From Haplodiscus bocki (Eukaryota), in assembly GCA_965655095.1 (NCBI GenBank), contig OZ296648.1, forward strand, positions 159,836,001 through 159,900,000: a stretch of 64,000 bases of DNA. Reading direction: 5' to 3'. This document shows positions 1 through 10,899 of this stretch, one piece after another. The notes beneath the pieces are model-generated. The model saw nothing but the letters and a program-made list of their open reading frames with translations, did no database searches and had not been told where the DNA came from. The position numbers were made by a program, and so were the translations under genes. The stretch's first letter is position 1, and each line of letters begins with the position of its first letter.

Positions 1-1641
1 AGTTTGGAATATGATAGATCGTGAACCCGTCGTAGTGTTTATGCAAAAATCGGATGAATCCGACCAATAGGTGCCGAGAAATGTCGATTTAAAGAGATAA
101 AACGCAGAGGGATGTCACGGACGGGAAAAAAACGGAATCATTTTGACGTGTCCTTGTGCGAAAAGGCTTCGCTCAGCTCGCTTAAAAAATCCATATGTAT
201 TCACTTCTATTGATTTTCAATCTCACTTTCGTGGAACCACCGGCTTGGGTTCTACATTCAACGCCTCACGCCTCATTGAAGAATTTCACTCTTGCGAAAT
301 AGACAATGATACAAAAATGTCAGGTTTTGATCTTTCCAGTCAAACAAGCCAAGAGTTGCCATCAACACTGACTTCTAAGATTTTTAAACTCCATTTTATC
401 CAAAATGAACGGCTTGATTTCGTTTATGAATGCTTTAATCGACAGTTTTCAACTTTTATATGGGCTTTAAATACCAAAATTGAGGTTTTGTTTATTGCAA
501 TAGATTTTGTCAGAGAATGGCATTACTTTTGACTTCTCTCGATTTTCAAACTGAGTTTTCTCCGATTTTACTAACTCGATTTCTTCCATCAAATCCTCAA
601 ATCACAACTTAATAAATGGAATATGTAATTCAATGAAAACTTTGATTTTTTACTTTTTCTCCGAATGGGAGTTTTGATGAGGCAAAACTGTCAAAAAGTG
701 CCATTTTTAAAGACTTTTGAATCTTCTGTTAGTTTTTTCAATGACTCAATATTCTCGCATATTACTGGCTCGATTTCTTCCATCAAAACCTGACTCGATA
801 GCTCCTAGTTTGTTGAAAGTTTTTGCGTCAACACTTTACGATCTTTTAGCCACATTGGAACCCTGATAGGCCGAAAAAGGCGATATTTGTTGAGATCCAA
901 TTTCAGTTTTCTCCAAAATTACTGCCTTGTTTTTTAATCAAAGCCCTAATGGATAGTTTCCTATTTATTAAAGGTTGTTTCGAACCAAAATCCCATGTTG
1001 TTATAATTGTATCGTAATGGGCTGAAAAGACCAAAAAATTTCCTTAATTCTATGTTTTCTCAATTTTTATACTCAATTGCCTCGAAACTTACCCGCTGGA
1101 TTTCCTCTATACTTCGTGAATCTTCCCAAAATTATCCGCACATGATTTTTCATTTAAAACTTCATCCCAGTTTACGTAATTTTGACTGACTTTTTGTACT
1201 GTACTTACTTCTTCGCACTGCCTGCCTAGCATCCTTGATGCCTGTGTTCTTTCAAGTTTCAGTTGTTTGAGGTTTTTCATCCACATAATCTATCATCAAA
1301 AGGAATCCTTAACTTTTTAAACGTTAAAATTGGTGACGTCTTTGGAAAGCTGCAGTTTAAGACGAGTCAAACACCACCATATTGAACCATTTGAGTGATC
1401 CCTTTGGCATCGAGTGGGTGGTAGTATATCGAAGAGTTAAAATGAAAAGTGGGCTTCAAAATGCATTTTTGTGTATTGGTGGGAGGGAAATGAAGCTTGC
1501 TGAAAAAATGCGATTGTAAGATTGCGGAAAGTGGGAAACGCTTTCTAGAAAGAAAACGCAAAGTGAAAGTATTTTTTTGGACTTCGGAAAATTTTAATTT
1601 TGCGAAGTACTTATAGTGTTACTATATTTTTGTTTTTCTTA

Positions 1642-4414
1642 ATGTTTTTTCGTACATTTTGCAAACTCGTCCAAAATGAGGAATTTCATGCGGCATTTGA
1701 AAATTTTCAAAACACAGCAAAGTTGGATGTGAGTGCAGGAGGGACCATACGGAGAATCATAGTAGCCGTGAGGGCGCACAAATCAAATAAATTCAAAATT
1801 TTCTGAAGGCCTAACCGCCTTCGTGGGCGGCTATATTTTGCTTAAGCATCCTTGGAATTATCCTTTCAGGTACAGCACGACTCAAGTGAAACGAAATTCA
1901 TCATTTCGGTGAACGGACTTGGGAGATTTTTGGTTCATTCGTGGAACCATTCTAAGCCTCCTCCTCGGGACAAAATTTACTTTAGGTGTTTGCAAAGCTT
2001 GAATATTTTGTTGGTCACGCAAAGTAGGTGTCATTTCTAAAGTCCCAAAATGACTTTAGTTTAGAGTTTAGAAGAGCTTGGGATTCAAAAAACGAGTGGA
2101 AATTTGCATTTCAAAATTCCCTTAATTTGGTCCTCTCAGTTTCTAGCAGACTAAGAAAATGTAGAAAGTTTTTTTTGCTCGTGCTCAAAAGAAATCTCAG
2201 TGTATTGAAACTGGTGAAGGGATTTGTTTCTCGTCCTAAACTTGCATTTTCTGACTTCTTCAAAAAGTGTATTGGTGCCATTTAAACGATCGAAATTAAC
2301 TTTTTTATTGAATCTTGGCATGTACTTGTTATTTGCGCATTCTATTAGGAGGTAGTTTTTTTTGAAAATTGGTCTCAAAATTGAACAACATCGGAAAGGT
2401 TTTGATTGTCATATCAGCTAGTTGAGTATGAGGCAGTTAGGCAAATACGTTTGTCAATTCAATTTCTGTCGAACAAACGCTAGATTGGTGAGTGTCAATC
2501 ACGTCTCGGATCGGGGTATAAAATGACTTCCAGAGCCATTGAGGTTTTGTTTCATTTATTATATTCCTCCACTGTTTAAATATGGAAGGAAAATCATTCA
2601 CTCGCCGTGTGCGTTTTTTACGTGTATTCGCCAATTGTACGATTCTACCATGTCAAAATCATGCAATTTTACCCTTCGAATGTTTTTTTTACTACAAATT
2701 TTGAGACAACCGACTGGAGAATGCGGATAAGAAGATGATATTTCTCGAAAACACATTTTTTCGACAAAAATTTAGTATTTATTAAAAACTTTTCTGTTTA
2801 AATGGGAAAAAAGTAGCAAATTTGTTGTAGAATGCATATAAAAGAATACTATTTCAATTGGATAATATTGAAAATCGTCTTTTTCGACGAAAATTTAGGG
2901 TTGTTTGAAATAAATCTGAAAAATTTTGAAAATGGGCAAAAGTAGCAATATTGCTGTAGGGCGCCTATAAAAGGGAAACTTTTCCCAAGAACTCAAAAAA
3001 GTGGAAGGGAGGAAAATAGCACAGTGGTAACTGTGAATCTTGTTTATTTCTTTTTTCAAGTCGCCAAGTTTCTAAGATGACTGATTTGTTTCTCATTGAT
3101 ATCTACAGCAGAATCTAACGGATTCCGTTTAGGTTCTTGTTGGCTGCACCACATAAATGAAGATATATTCGTCAAAAATTTTGGCGGTCTGATAAAAGAA
3201 TACTCCGTGTATATGTTCATTGACAAAAATTTCGGCCTGTCGAAGATACGTCTCCTTGTTGGTATGCCATTTTCCACCACAAAAATTATCAGTATCCCAA
3301 TGCAAAGGGCTCCATTTCGAAAACATTTTTGAGCGTGACGGTTGGCGCCGAATTAAGCTGTTCTCAGCTTGTTTAATAATGGTGATAGTTAATAATGTCG
3401 CGACACCTCCAAAACTCCGCTGGAATTGAACTGAAGTTGAAAATTGAAATTTAGTCACATGGGACTGCCGTTAACGTTCGAGGATCTGGCCTTCGCAGTT
3501 TCCAACATAGAGACAGATTTTCCTTCTTTCCTCTCCAGACTGGAGCCAAAGCTGAAGGAATCTAGCTTCGTGGAAACTGAACTTCGCACTGCTTTCCAGG
3601 TGTTCGACTCTGATGCTTGTGGAAGTGTTTCTGTTCGTCAAATGGTGGCAGCAATCGATAGATTCGTTCGACCAGTAATCGCAGAGGAAATCGGGAGAGA
3701 AAAAAGGGAAGAAAATAGCCATAAGAAACCGGACACTGAAATTAGACGGAAAAAATTTGAACCTAGGTGTGCCAAAACTATTAACAAATTGTTCATTGTA
3801 ATTGCAATTTTTAGATCAAAATCTAAAATATTTTTCTCATGAAGTAAGGCACCAAGGAAAGAAGTTATGCCCTTTGTAAAAAGCATTAAAAACTATCAAA
3901 CTATATCTATTCACGTTTTTAAACTTTTGCACTCCGAGCGTGTGTAAGATTTTCAACATCTTCAAATTTTCAAGAAACTTCATCTTATCTATTTTTGGGC
4001 AATATTTCGTTTGTACGTTATACTTGAATCTTCAATCAAGTTTCTGGGACACCTAATCTGGCTAGCCCATCTAAACTAACTCGCCAAAATTCATTCGGCG
4101 TGCGAATTAAAAACGGCGGCGATGAACAGGTGTCTTCATCATCCTCATCGGCCAATCAGATAGAGAGACAAGATTCGAAGCTGAACATGGTTGTGGCTGA
4201 CGAATCAGATATCTCAGTGAAAGAACTTGAAGAGATATCTTTGGTGATGGCCGTCAGCAGTTCCCACAAGAATGACCTCCCGGATGTTGAAAAGCAGCAA
4301 GTGGTTGGGGCAAGTGGCGGTAATAGGCGGCTTTTGAAGAAAACCCCTAAACGACTGTCGGATATAATTGTGAATGTGGATGAATTTGTTGCTATGATGA
4401 ATATAATTTCATGA
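1642..4414 (+). CDS. Divergent calmodulin-like EF-hand protein, ~4 exons (approx. 1642-1728, 1870-1932/1985, 3453/3455-3661/3674, 4093/4130-4414); start and two junctions uncertain
   Basis: Segments align in order to calmodulin: QNEEFHAAFENF ~ [22 protein letters not shown] ~ [22 protein letters not shown] ~ [19 protein letters not shown] ~ IDFPEFL; ELRTAFQVFDSDACGSVS ~ EIREAFRVFDKDGNGYIS; IVNVDEFVAMM* ~ QVNYEEFVQMM. Intron 1729-1869 is a clean gtgagt..tttcag, phase 0. AATAAA at 4449. Confidence 0.72.
2570..3045 (-). repeat. Dispersed repeat ending ...cttgtt, related to pieces at ~8285-8520, 31164-31650 and 38560-39190
   Basis: Shared blocks atatggaaggaaaatcat...gcgttttttacgt (2580, 8292; reverse at ~31640) and tgctgtagaatgc / gcattcta subrepeats. 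Confidence 0.55.
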
Positions 4415-4431
4415 GCTTTTTGGCGAAAATG

Positions 4432-4674
4432 CAGCGCGATTCAAGTTAAATAAATAACCGCGCAGTTACATGGAGGCTGAATGATTTGGAAAGCCTTCTT
4501 CTGGAAGTCTTCTGGAAAGCTTGGTACTTCCTAAAACGTAAAGTAATGATTTTTCAGATAATTGTTCTCTGATAGAAATTTTATTAGCAGATTTTTAGTT
4601 TGAAGCGTTTTTGCTCGGAAAACTTGTTTTGATGTATTGACATATTTTTCAATGGACTATTTTGAATCGCGCTG
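4432..4674. mobile_element. MITE with 13-bp TIR CAGCGCGATTCAA (Tc1/mariner-like)
   Basis: cagcgcgattcaa at 4432 and its reverse complement ttgaatcgcgctg ending 4674; right flank TA, left flank TG. Confidence 0.65.
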
Positions 4675-5299
4675 TATCTCTAAATTGCATGAGTAGATAT
4701 TACATGTACCCGTTGAGTAATATCTTCAAAATTGGATCTTTCCTGCTGAATGACCTAAATAATTCTTTCTAGTCGTGGTTCCGAATTGATCAATCAATAT
4801 GGTTATGAACGATATTTCGTCGGCAAGACGCCCTAATAACTTTGGGGTTTTTTCCGCTTTCTTTTAATCCAGGCCTTCTTTTCTCCCAAAATTAGAAAAA
4901 GTTGATGGTTTTCCTGAACTAAACCAGTTGATTTGCTCTATGACTGGATCACTGCTGCATTAATTTGTTGACTTTGACGTCTCCTCAGATGTGCATTTAA
5001 TTTTTGTGATGTCATTGGCTCGCAGTCAGCAGGAATGGTTTTTGATTGCAGTCATGCTGTTTTATTTGAAATAACTAGTACCAAGGAACGTCAATGTTGA
5101 GTTGATTAATATGTTACCATATAGAGGGAAAATGAAATTTATCGTAAATGGTGAAACGCAGTAATGATTAGATGTGACTTCTGTACTAGACAGGTATTAG
5201 GAGAATATTGGCTACTCGCCATGTGACTATGGGAAGTCGCTGTGCGAAAGAATATTTTCAAATCCTGAACAAAGCTACCTCCGAAATACGATGTTTTGA

Positions 5300-7540
5300 A
5301 ACTTGCAAGGTATTTTTCTATCGAATAAGCTTGCGGCCCGTTATTGTATGCTTATGGTACATCGAAATGGCAAAAATTACAAAAAAAATCTTTGTCCCAA
5401 ACGCTTGGTCACCTTTTGTAAACGGTAACTAAAAATTTTCAAAAAGGAGGTATCAAAAATTAATCGCGGATTGTATTGCAGACTCGAGGCAAGTTTTTCA
5501 AGTACTCAAAGAAGTTACTGTAAACAGGGTTCAGTCAAGGCAATTGAGTAGCTTAGAAGTAGACAGGTTTAAAGTACATGACTACACGGATATTGCCAAT
5601 GCTTTCAATCATCATTTTGTTTCTGTTGGACTGAAATTAGCTCAGTCTCTTCCTGTGAAGAAAGCACCGAAAACAGACCAGCCTGCAAATCAATCAATGT
5701 ACCTATTCAGAACAAACGAAAACGAATGCTTAAAAGTAATTCAACAGCTCAGAAGCAAACATTCATCTGGTCCAGACAATATTAGTAATGTAGTGCTCAA
5801 AAGTTGTGCAAGGGCAATTGCGCTTTTCATTGCAGAACTTATTAACATTTATTTTGAATCTGGAGTGTATCCTGATATGCTGAAGAAGGCTAAAGTTATA
5901 CCCCTTTATAAATCTGGGTGCTGCAAGGATCTGAATAACTACAGACCTGTTTCTCTTCTAGTGTCTATTAGTAAAGTTTTTGAGCGGGTGATGCAGAGAC
6001 GTTTGCATAGCTATTTGGAAAAATATAATCTACTGTACGATAAAAATTTGATTTGCGTAAGAAACATTGCACTATAGATGCACTGGCTGAATTAACGGAA
6101 AGTAATCGTATGGGCTCCGAAGAAATTCATAACATCAGTGCATTTCCCGATCTCAAAAAGGCATTTGACACTCTGGATCACTCGATTTTGCTAGACAAAT
6201 TAGAGGCTCACGGGGTTACAGGAATCGCAAACAAATGGTATGAAAGTTATCTATTAAATAGAAAGCAGTTTGTGAAAAATAAATGGTGAAGCGTCCGATT
6301 AGGCAAATATAACAACAGGAGTTCCGCAGGGTTCTGTTTTAGGACCACTTTTGTTCCTCGTTTACATCATTGACATTGCTAAAGCAGTTCAGTTCTCGCA
6401 AGTATATTTGTTTGCAGATGATACCAACATTAAAAGTGTTTGTTTGTCTTGCGCAAGTTTTCAAAACAATCTCTCCTGTAAAGGTTGACAAGTCGAGTTT
6501 AGTTAATTTTAACAGAAAAAGGAGTGCTTCAATTTTGCCGGTTGAAATGAATGAGTCTTTATTGAATACCATTGAAAATTGTAGTTATTTAAAGAGTTTC
6601 GTTCGATGGAAATCTGAAGTTTTGTGAACATGTCAGATATATAAGATAAAATCTTGCCAAGCATTCGATTGTGATATCTAAAATGTGACATCACGTCCCG
6701 CGAAGCGTTTTGCTGAACAATTATTTTTGTAATTTGGAACCAATTGTTCCATATGGCATAATAGTTTATGGATGCACTTCTTTCACTGTGCTTGAACCAT
6801 TTCTATCAATGCAAAGAAAAATACTTCGGTAAATTTCTTTTGAAAGCAAACATGAGAGTGTATCCCAAGTATTTGTGGACATGAAAGTTCTAACAGTGTA
6901 TGAGCCCTAAGTCTATGAACTCAAAAATTTGTGTGCAAGTCGGTCAATAATCTTTCAACCACTGCTTTTTCCAAAAATTTTTATGAAGTCAACTCCGGTC
7001 AAAAGTGTACCAGAAGTTCTCGATTGCCCACTTTTACAATTTCATCCAAGCGAGCAACGTTCCATTCTTTTTCGCTCAAGCACAGAGACAGTAGTTTTTT
7101 GACTTTTTTGAGTCGAAAAGGTTTGCTTCCAACAAATTTTGGCTCAATGAAAGACAGCGAAGTAACGGATTTTTTTCATAAATTCCGTGATCTTTATATA
7201 CTTTCAAACATAGATCTCGCAAAATTTATTTTTCAAAGGTAAGAATGTGACTATCTCGATAGTTGGTGCTTGTCGTTTGTTGCCGCGATGACTGCCCGGG
7301 GCCAAAAGCAACTAATAAATGTCTTCCTGGCACAGTTCATTGTGGTGGTTGGCGGCTTGTTGATATCATCGTAGTTGGGTGCTATGCATATACGACTTGC
7401 ATATACGACGATATGCATATTCTTGAAAATATGATTTTTTGGTCGTTGCTAAAGGCTTTTCTCTGCCCATTTTTTTTCATTAGCATGGGCTCAACAAAAC
7501 ACTTCATCCAGCAGAAGAAGCGAAGTATAAAATAAGGGAA
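5300..7540 (+). mobile_element. 5'-truncated, frameshifted non-LTR retrotransposon (CR1/L2-like ORF2 reverse transcriptase plus 3' UTR)
   Basis: RT motifs [49 protein letters not shown] (6318), YLFADDT (6405-6425) spread over several frames; A-rich 3' end near 7530; 5' boundary approximate. Confidence 0.9.
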
Positions 7541-7596
7541 AAACCGAAAAATGAATCTAAATGGTATTTTGTCATTTTTTCAGGAGTTCATTTTTA

Positions 7597-7772
7597 GTAG
7601 CATAGGCATAGCCGGAGTAGACTCTCAAGTGGGCTCCTAGTGAGGCCTTTGTCTATACTCTCCATCGATCGATTTTGCTGTTCTAATGTTATCTATGTTA
7701 TTTCATGTTACGATATTTCAAGTTTACAATAAATTGTTATGTTTAAAATTGGGAGAAATAAATTCTTTCTTA
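7597..7772 (+). mobile_element. Short fragment resembling a LINE 3' end
   Basis: Ends ggagaaataaattctttctt, like CR1/L2 tails; no coding remnant. Confidence 0.35.
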
Positions 7773-8527
7773 ATGAGGCGTTGGAGTTTTTTGATGTTTT
7801 CAAAACGCAGTAGATCTGCGTGGGAATATTTTAGGGATCATGTAGACTATAATAGCTGCGAGAGCGCGCACATCAATATTTTGCAAATTTTTGTTCACCG
7901 GTAAATAGTGTAAACCCCGGGAACTTTTAAATTCGTTTATCTCAACTCTCGAGAAAACGGAATAGGGGTGGAAGAGGACTATGATTATCCCAAATTTTTT
8001 TTGAAGACTTATCCGCCTTGGGCGGCTATGTTTTAAAACGCTAATGTAAACAATATATGCTTAACGACAGGGTTTCAAAATTTAACATTCGTTTTTGAAC
8101 GCAAAATCTTGGAGCTCATTTCTCGGAAAAAATGTAAAGTCAGAAGTTATAGAAGAGATTCGAAGGAAAAAATTGAAGTACGAATTTTCCGCAACTAAAG
8201 TAACCATTCAAGAGCATTTTCAATCATCTTCCTAACTTTCTCACGGTGCCTTTGTCGAAGCCGAAAAGGTAATTTTTTCCGCCCATATGTGATATGGAAG
8301 GAAAATCATCCACCCAAAGGGCGCGTTTTTTACGTTTGCTTGGCAATTGTCTGGGCAAATGCCCAGATTATGAATTTGATCGTTTTTATTACCAAGTTTT
8401 AGCAAATTTGCTGTAGAATGCGACTGAAATAGTAGGGTTTCTCAAAACGTACGGAATTTGATTTTTTCAAAAAAATAGATGGGCTTTTTTCCGAAAAAAA
8501 AATTTCCGAAATTGTTAACGGTGGCTA

Positions 8528-9123
8528 CCCTAGTGGAGGTTGCGCGAAATTTTGTATGATTTTTTCATGCTGCCCAACACTTTTTGATTGATTTTAAATG
8601 AATCGTATAAAACTTTTCATAACTAAAATTTGTCTGTTGCGTTGATAATTTCTACGTTTCTTAGATGAAATTTGCAAAAATTTGGCGGGATTTTATAAAT
8701 TACCTGCAGGATGTGAATGACAAAAAATCAATGAAATTTTCCATGTTTTAAAATGCTACTGAAGTTAGTTTATATGTAGCAGAGATTTTTCCATTTTTAC
8801 TCCGCTTTTCTGCTGAAGTAGTTGCAGATGAGTTGATATTGTTCTAGTCAGTGTAACTTATGAAGAATTGATAGATTAACGTGTCAATGATGTAATAGAT
8901 ACTTCTAGAAAGGCTGAAATGGTGCTGACGGAAGCAATGAACAAGCGAAATATTTTTTTTTTTGATATTAAGTATTCTCCGAAAGCTGAACTATCTTTCA
9001 ATGCAACAGTGAATTTATTCAAATTACATGTGTGCTAAATGTCTGAATTTTCCTTGTTTTAAATATTATTTGCCTGGACACATTTATGCAACATACCAAA
9101 ATTTCATGCAACCTTCGCTAGGA
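8528..9123. mobile_element. Non-autonomous DNA transposon, ~30-bp imperfect TIRs, TA TSD
   Basis: ta|ccctagtggaggttgcgcgaaattttgtatg ... cataccaaaatttcatgcaaccttcgctagga|ta. Confidence 0.7.
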
Positions 9124-10899
9124 TAATTGGTTTTTCAATGCGTAGCAATTGAAATTATTGCTTGAAGATGTCTTTTTACCTGAATTTTGAGGTTTTTTTG
9201 CAAAAAAAAATCAGATTACTTTTTGATTTTGAAAAAATACAAAATTTGATTGAGAAAGACTGCCACCAAAACTGCTCCGAACATTAGTAAACATGGCAGG
9301 AAATTCGAACGAACGTTGGCGCAATACGTCATTTTTTCTCTCTCGTAAAGGTTTTAAATGGAAGACGATTCGTTCTGTTATTAAACAGATTATCGGGCGA
9401 TTGAATTTTGCTTCTTTTCTCTTGGCTGTTGGAAGTGTTGCGTTTTCGACGAACTGCAATTAAAATCTGATTTGTGATACTTAGCCTAAATAACTGCTGA
9501 TTTAAACTCACAAGGACTCAATTAGCGTTATACAATAAAAGCATCGGGAAGGACAGTATCAACTGTTTTTGACTAAGGAGATGTCGGACGAATCACAAGT
9601 TTCTTTGATAGCTCTCTTTAGATCACACACATTAATATTGGGCTTCCCACTCAAAAAAACTGCACAAATGCGTCCCAAAGATGTCGAATTGCAATCTGGT
9701 AATGAGTTGCCCGGCCGAGAAGCGGTATTTTTCTCCCGGAAATAACACATGCTACCTGAAGATACTTGGGGTGTTGTTTTATTCTTTTCTGTTGTATTAT
9801 ATTAAGAAAGGGAAGTTTTCAAATCAGTATTAGACTATTTTGTCCGCTCGTTTGCCAATTTTGGCTGCGTTTTGTGTCAACTCACTTCCTACCTGACTTC
9901 TTTAGTATAGTGGTTAATGGCAGTAGACGGGTGTCAGATTACGAAGGTCCCCACTAGAACCACACTTTTTGCACATTCTGACTTGAAGTGAATTTTGAAA
10001 CCGGCTTTTGCTAAGTTTTCTTCTATCCTGTCCAAAACTTGCATTTTTTTGATGTCTTCAGAGAGTCTCATCTAGTTCAAACTGTCAAAAAGGGCTTCTT
10101 CTTGGCGGGTACATGTTCATTTTCGCACAATCTTTTCTGCAATTTCGTAAACACTGGGCAGCAAAATGATGTAACCTGAAAAGAGGAAAAGAGACAGGAT
10201 TGACAAATCAGATTTAGGAGTCTGAGACCTCGATTTGATTTTTTTGAACAAATTCTTCATTAACATCTGGTGTAGTTTTTCTGAAAGTGTCAATCACATC
10301 TCTGATCGTGGTTTCAAAAGTCTTTCAGGATCCGTTATCTCAATTGACACAAATTAATGTGTTGCGAAGTTGCGCTTCGGCTTTGTGTGTGAAAATTCCT
10401 AATTGCTTTTGCTTCGATGTTTGAGGCCCAGCATGGGCCTGTTCTTTTGAAAAACAACTAATTCTTCCCAGAGAAGGAGGATTGACATATTTTGAAGATT
10501 TGTTTTTTCTCCGAATGGGGAAATGTTTCGTTTGGTGGCAAATTTCCTAATTTACACCAGTGACTTAGCATCAAGAAAGCCTCCTGTTGGTTGAAGAGCA
10601 AACTTTATTCTAACATCTTCGGGTTTGATGAGTCGAATTATCTCCTATAAAAGCAAGCCTTGATTGCCACAACTTAGTTGTTTCCATTTTGTTTCTCCAA
10701 TTATGGTAGTACTAACATTGGTGATAATTTTAATAATATTAGAAGTAGCAATGATAATAATATTGATAATAATAATAATAGTCAAATCAATAATAATAAT
10801 CATAATATAAGGAATAGTAATTCGATTAATAACAAAGAACGAAATCATTGCTTTTCAGTCCAAAACTCCTCTACAATTAATCGTCTGTCCACTGACATT

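Noticed and set aside
3109-3261. Exon-like segment (cag...gtatg; AESNGFRLGSCWLHH...)
   Set aside because: Phases are incompatible with the downstream calmodulin-like exon and there is no recognisable homology
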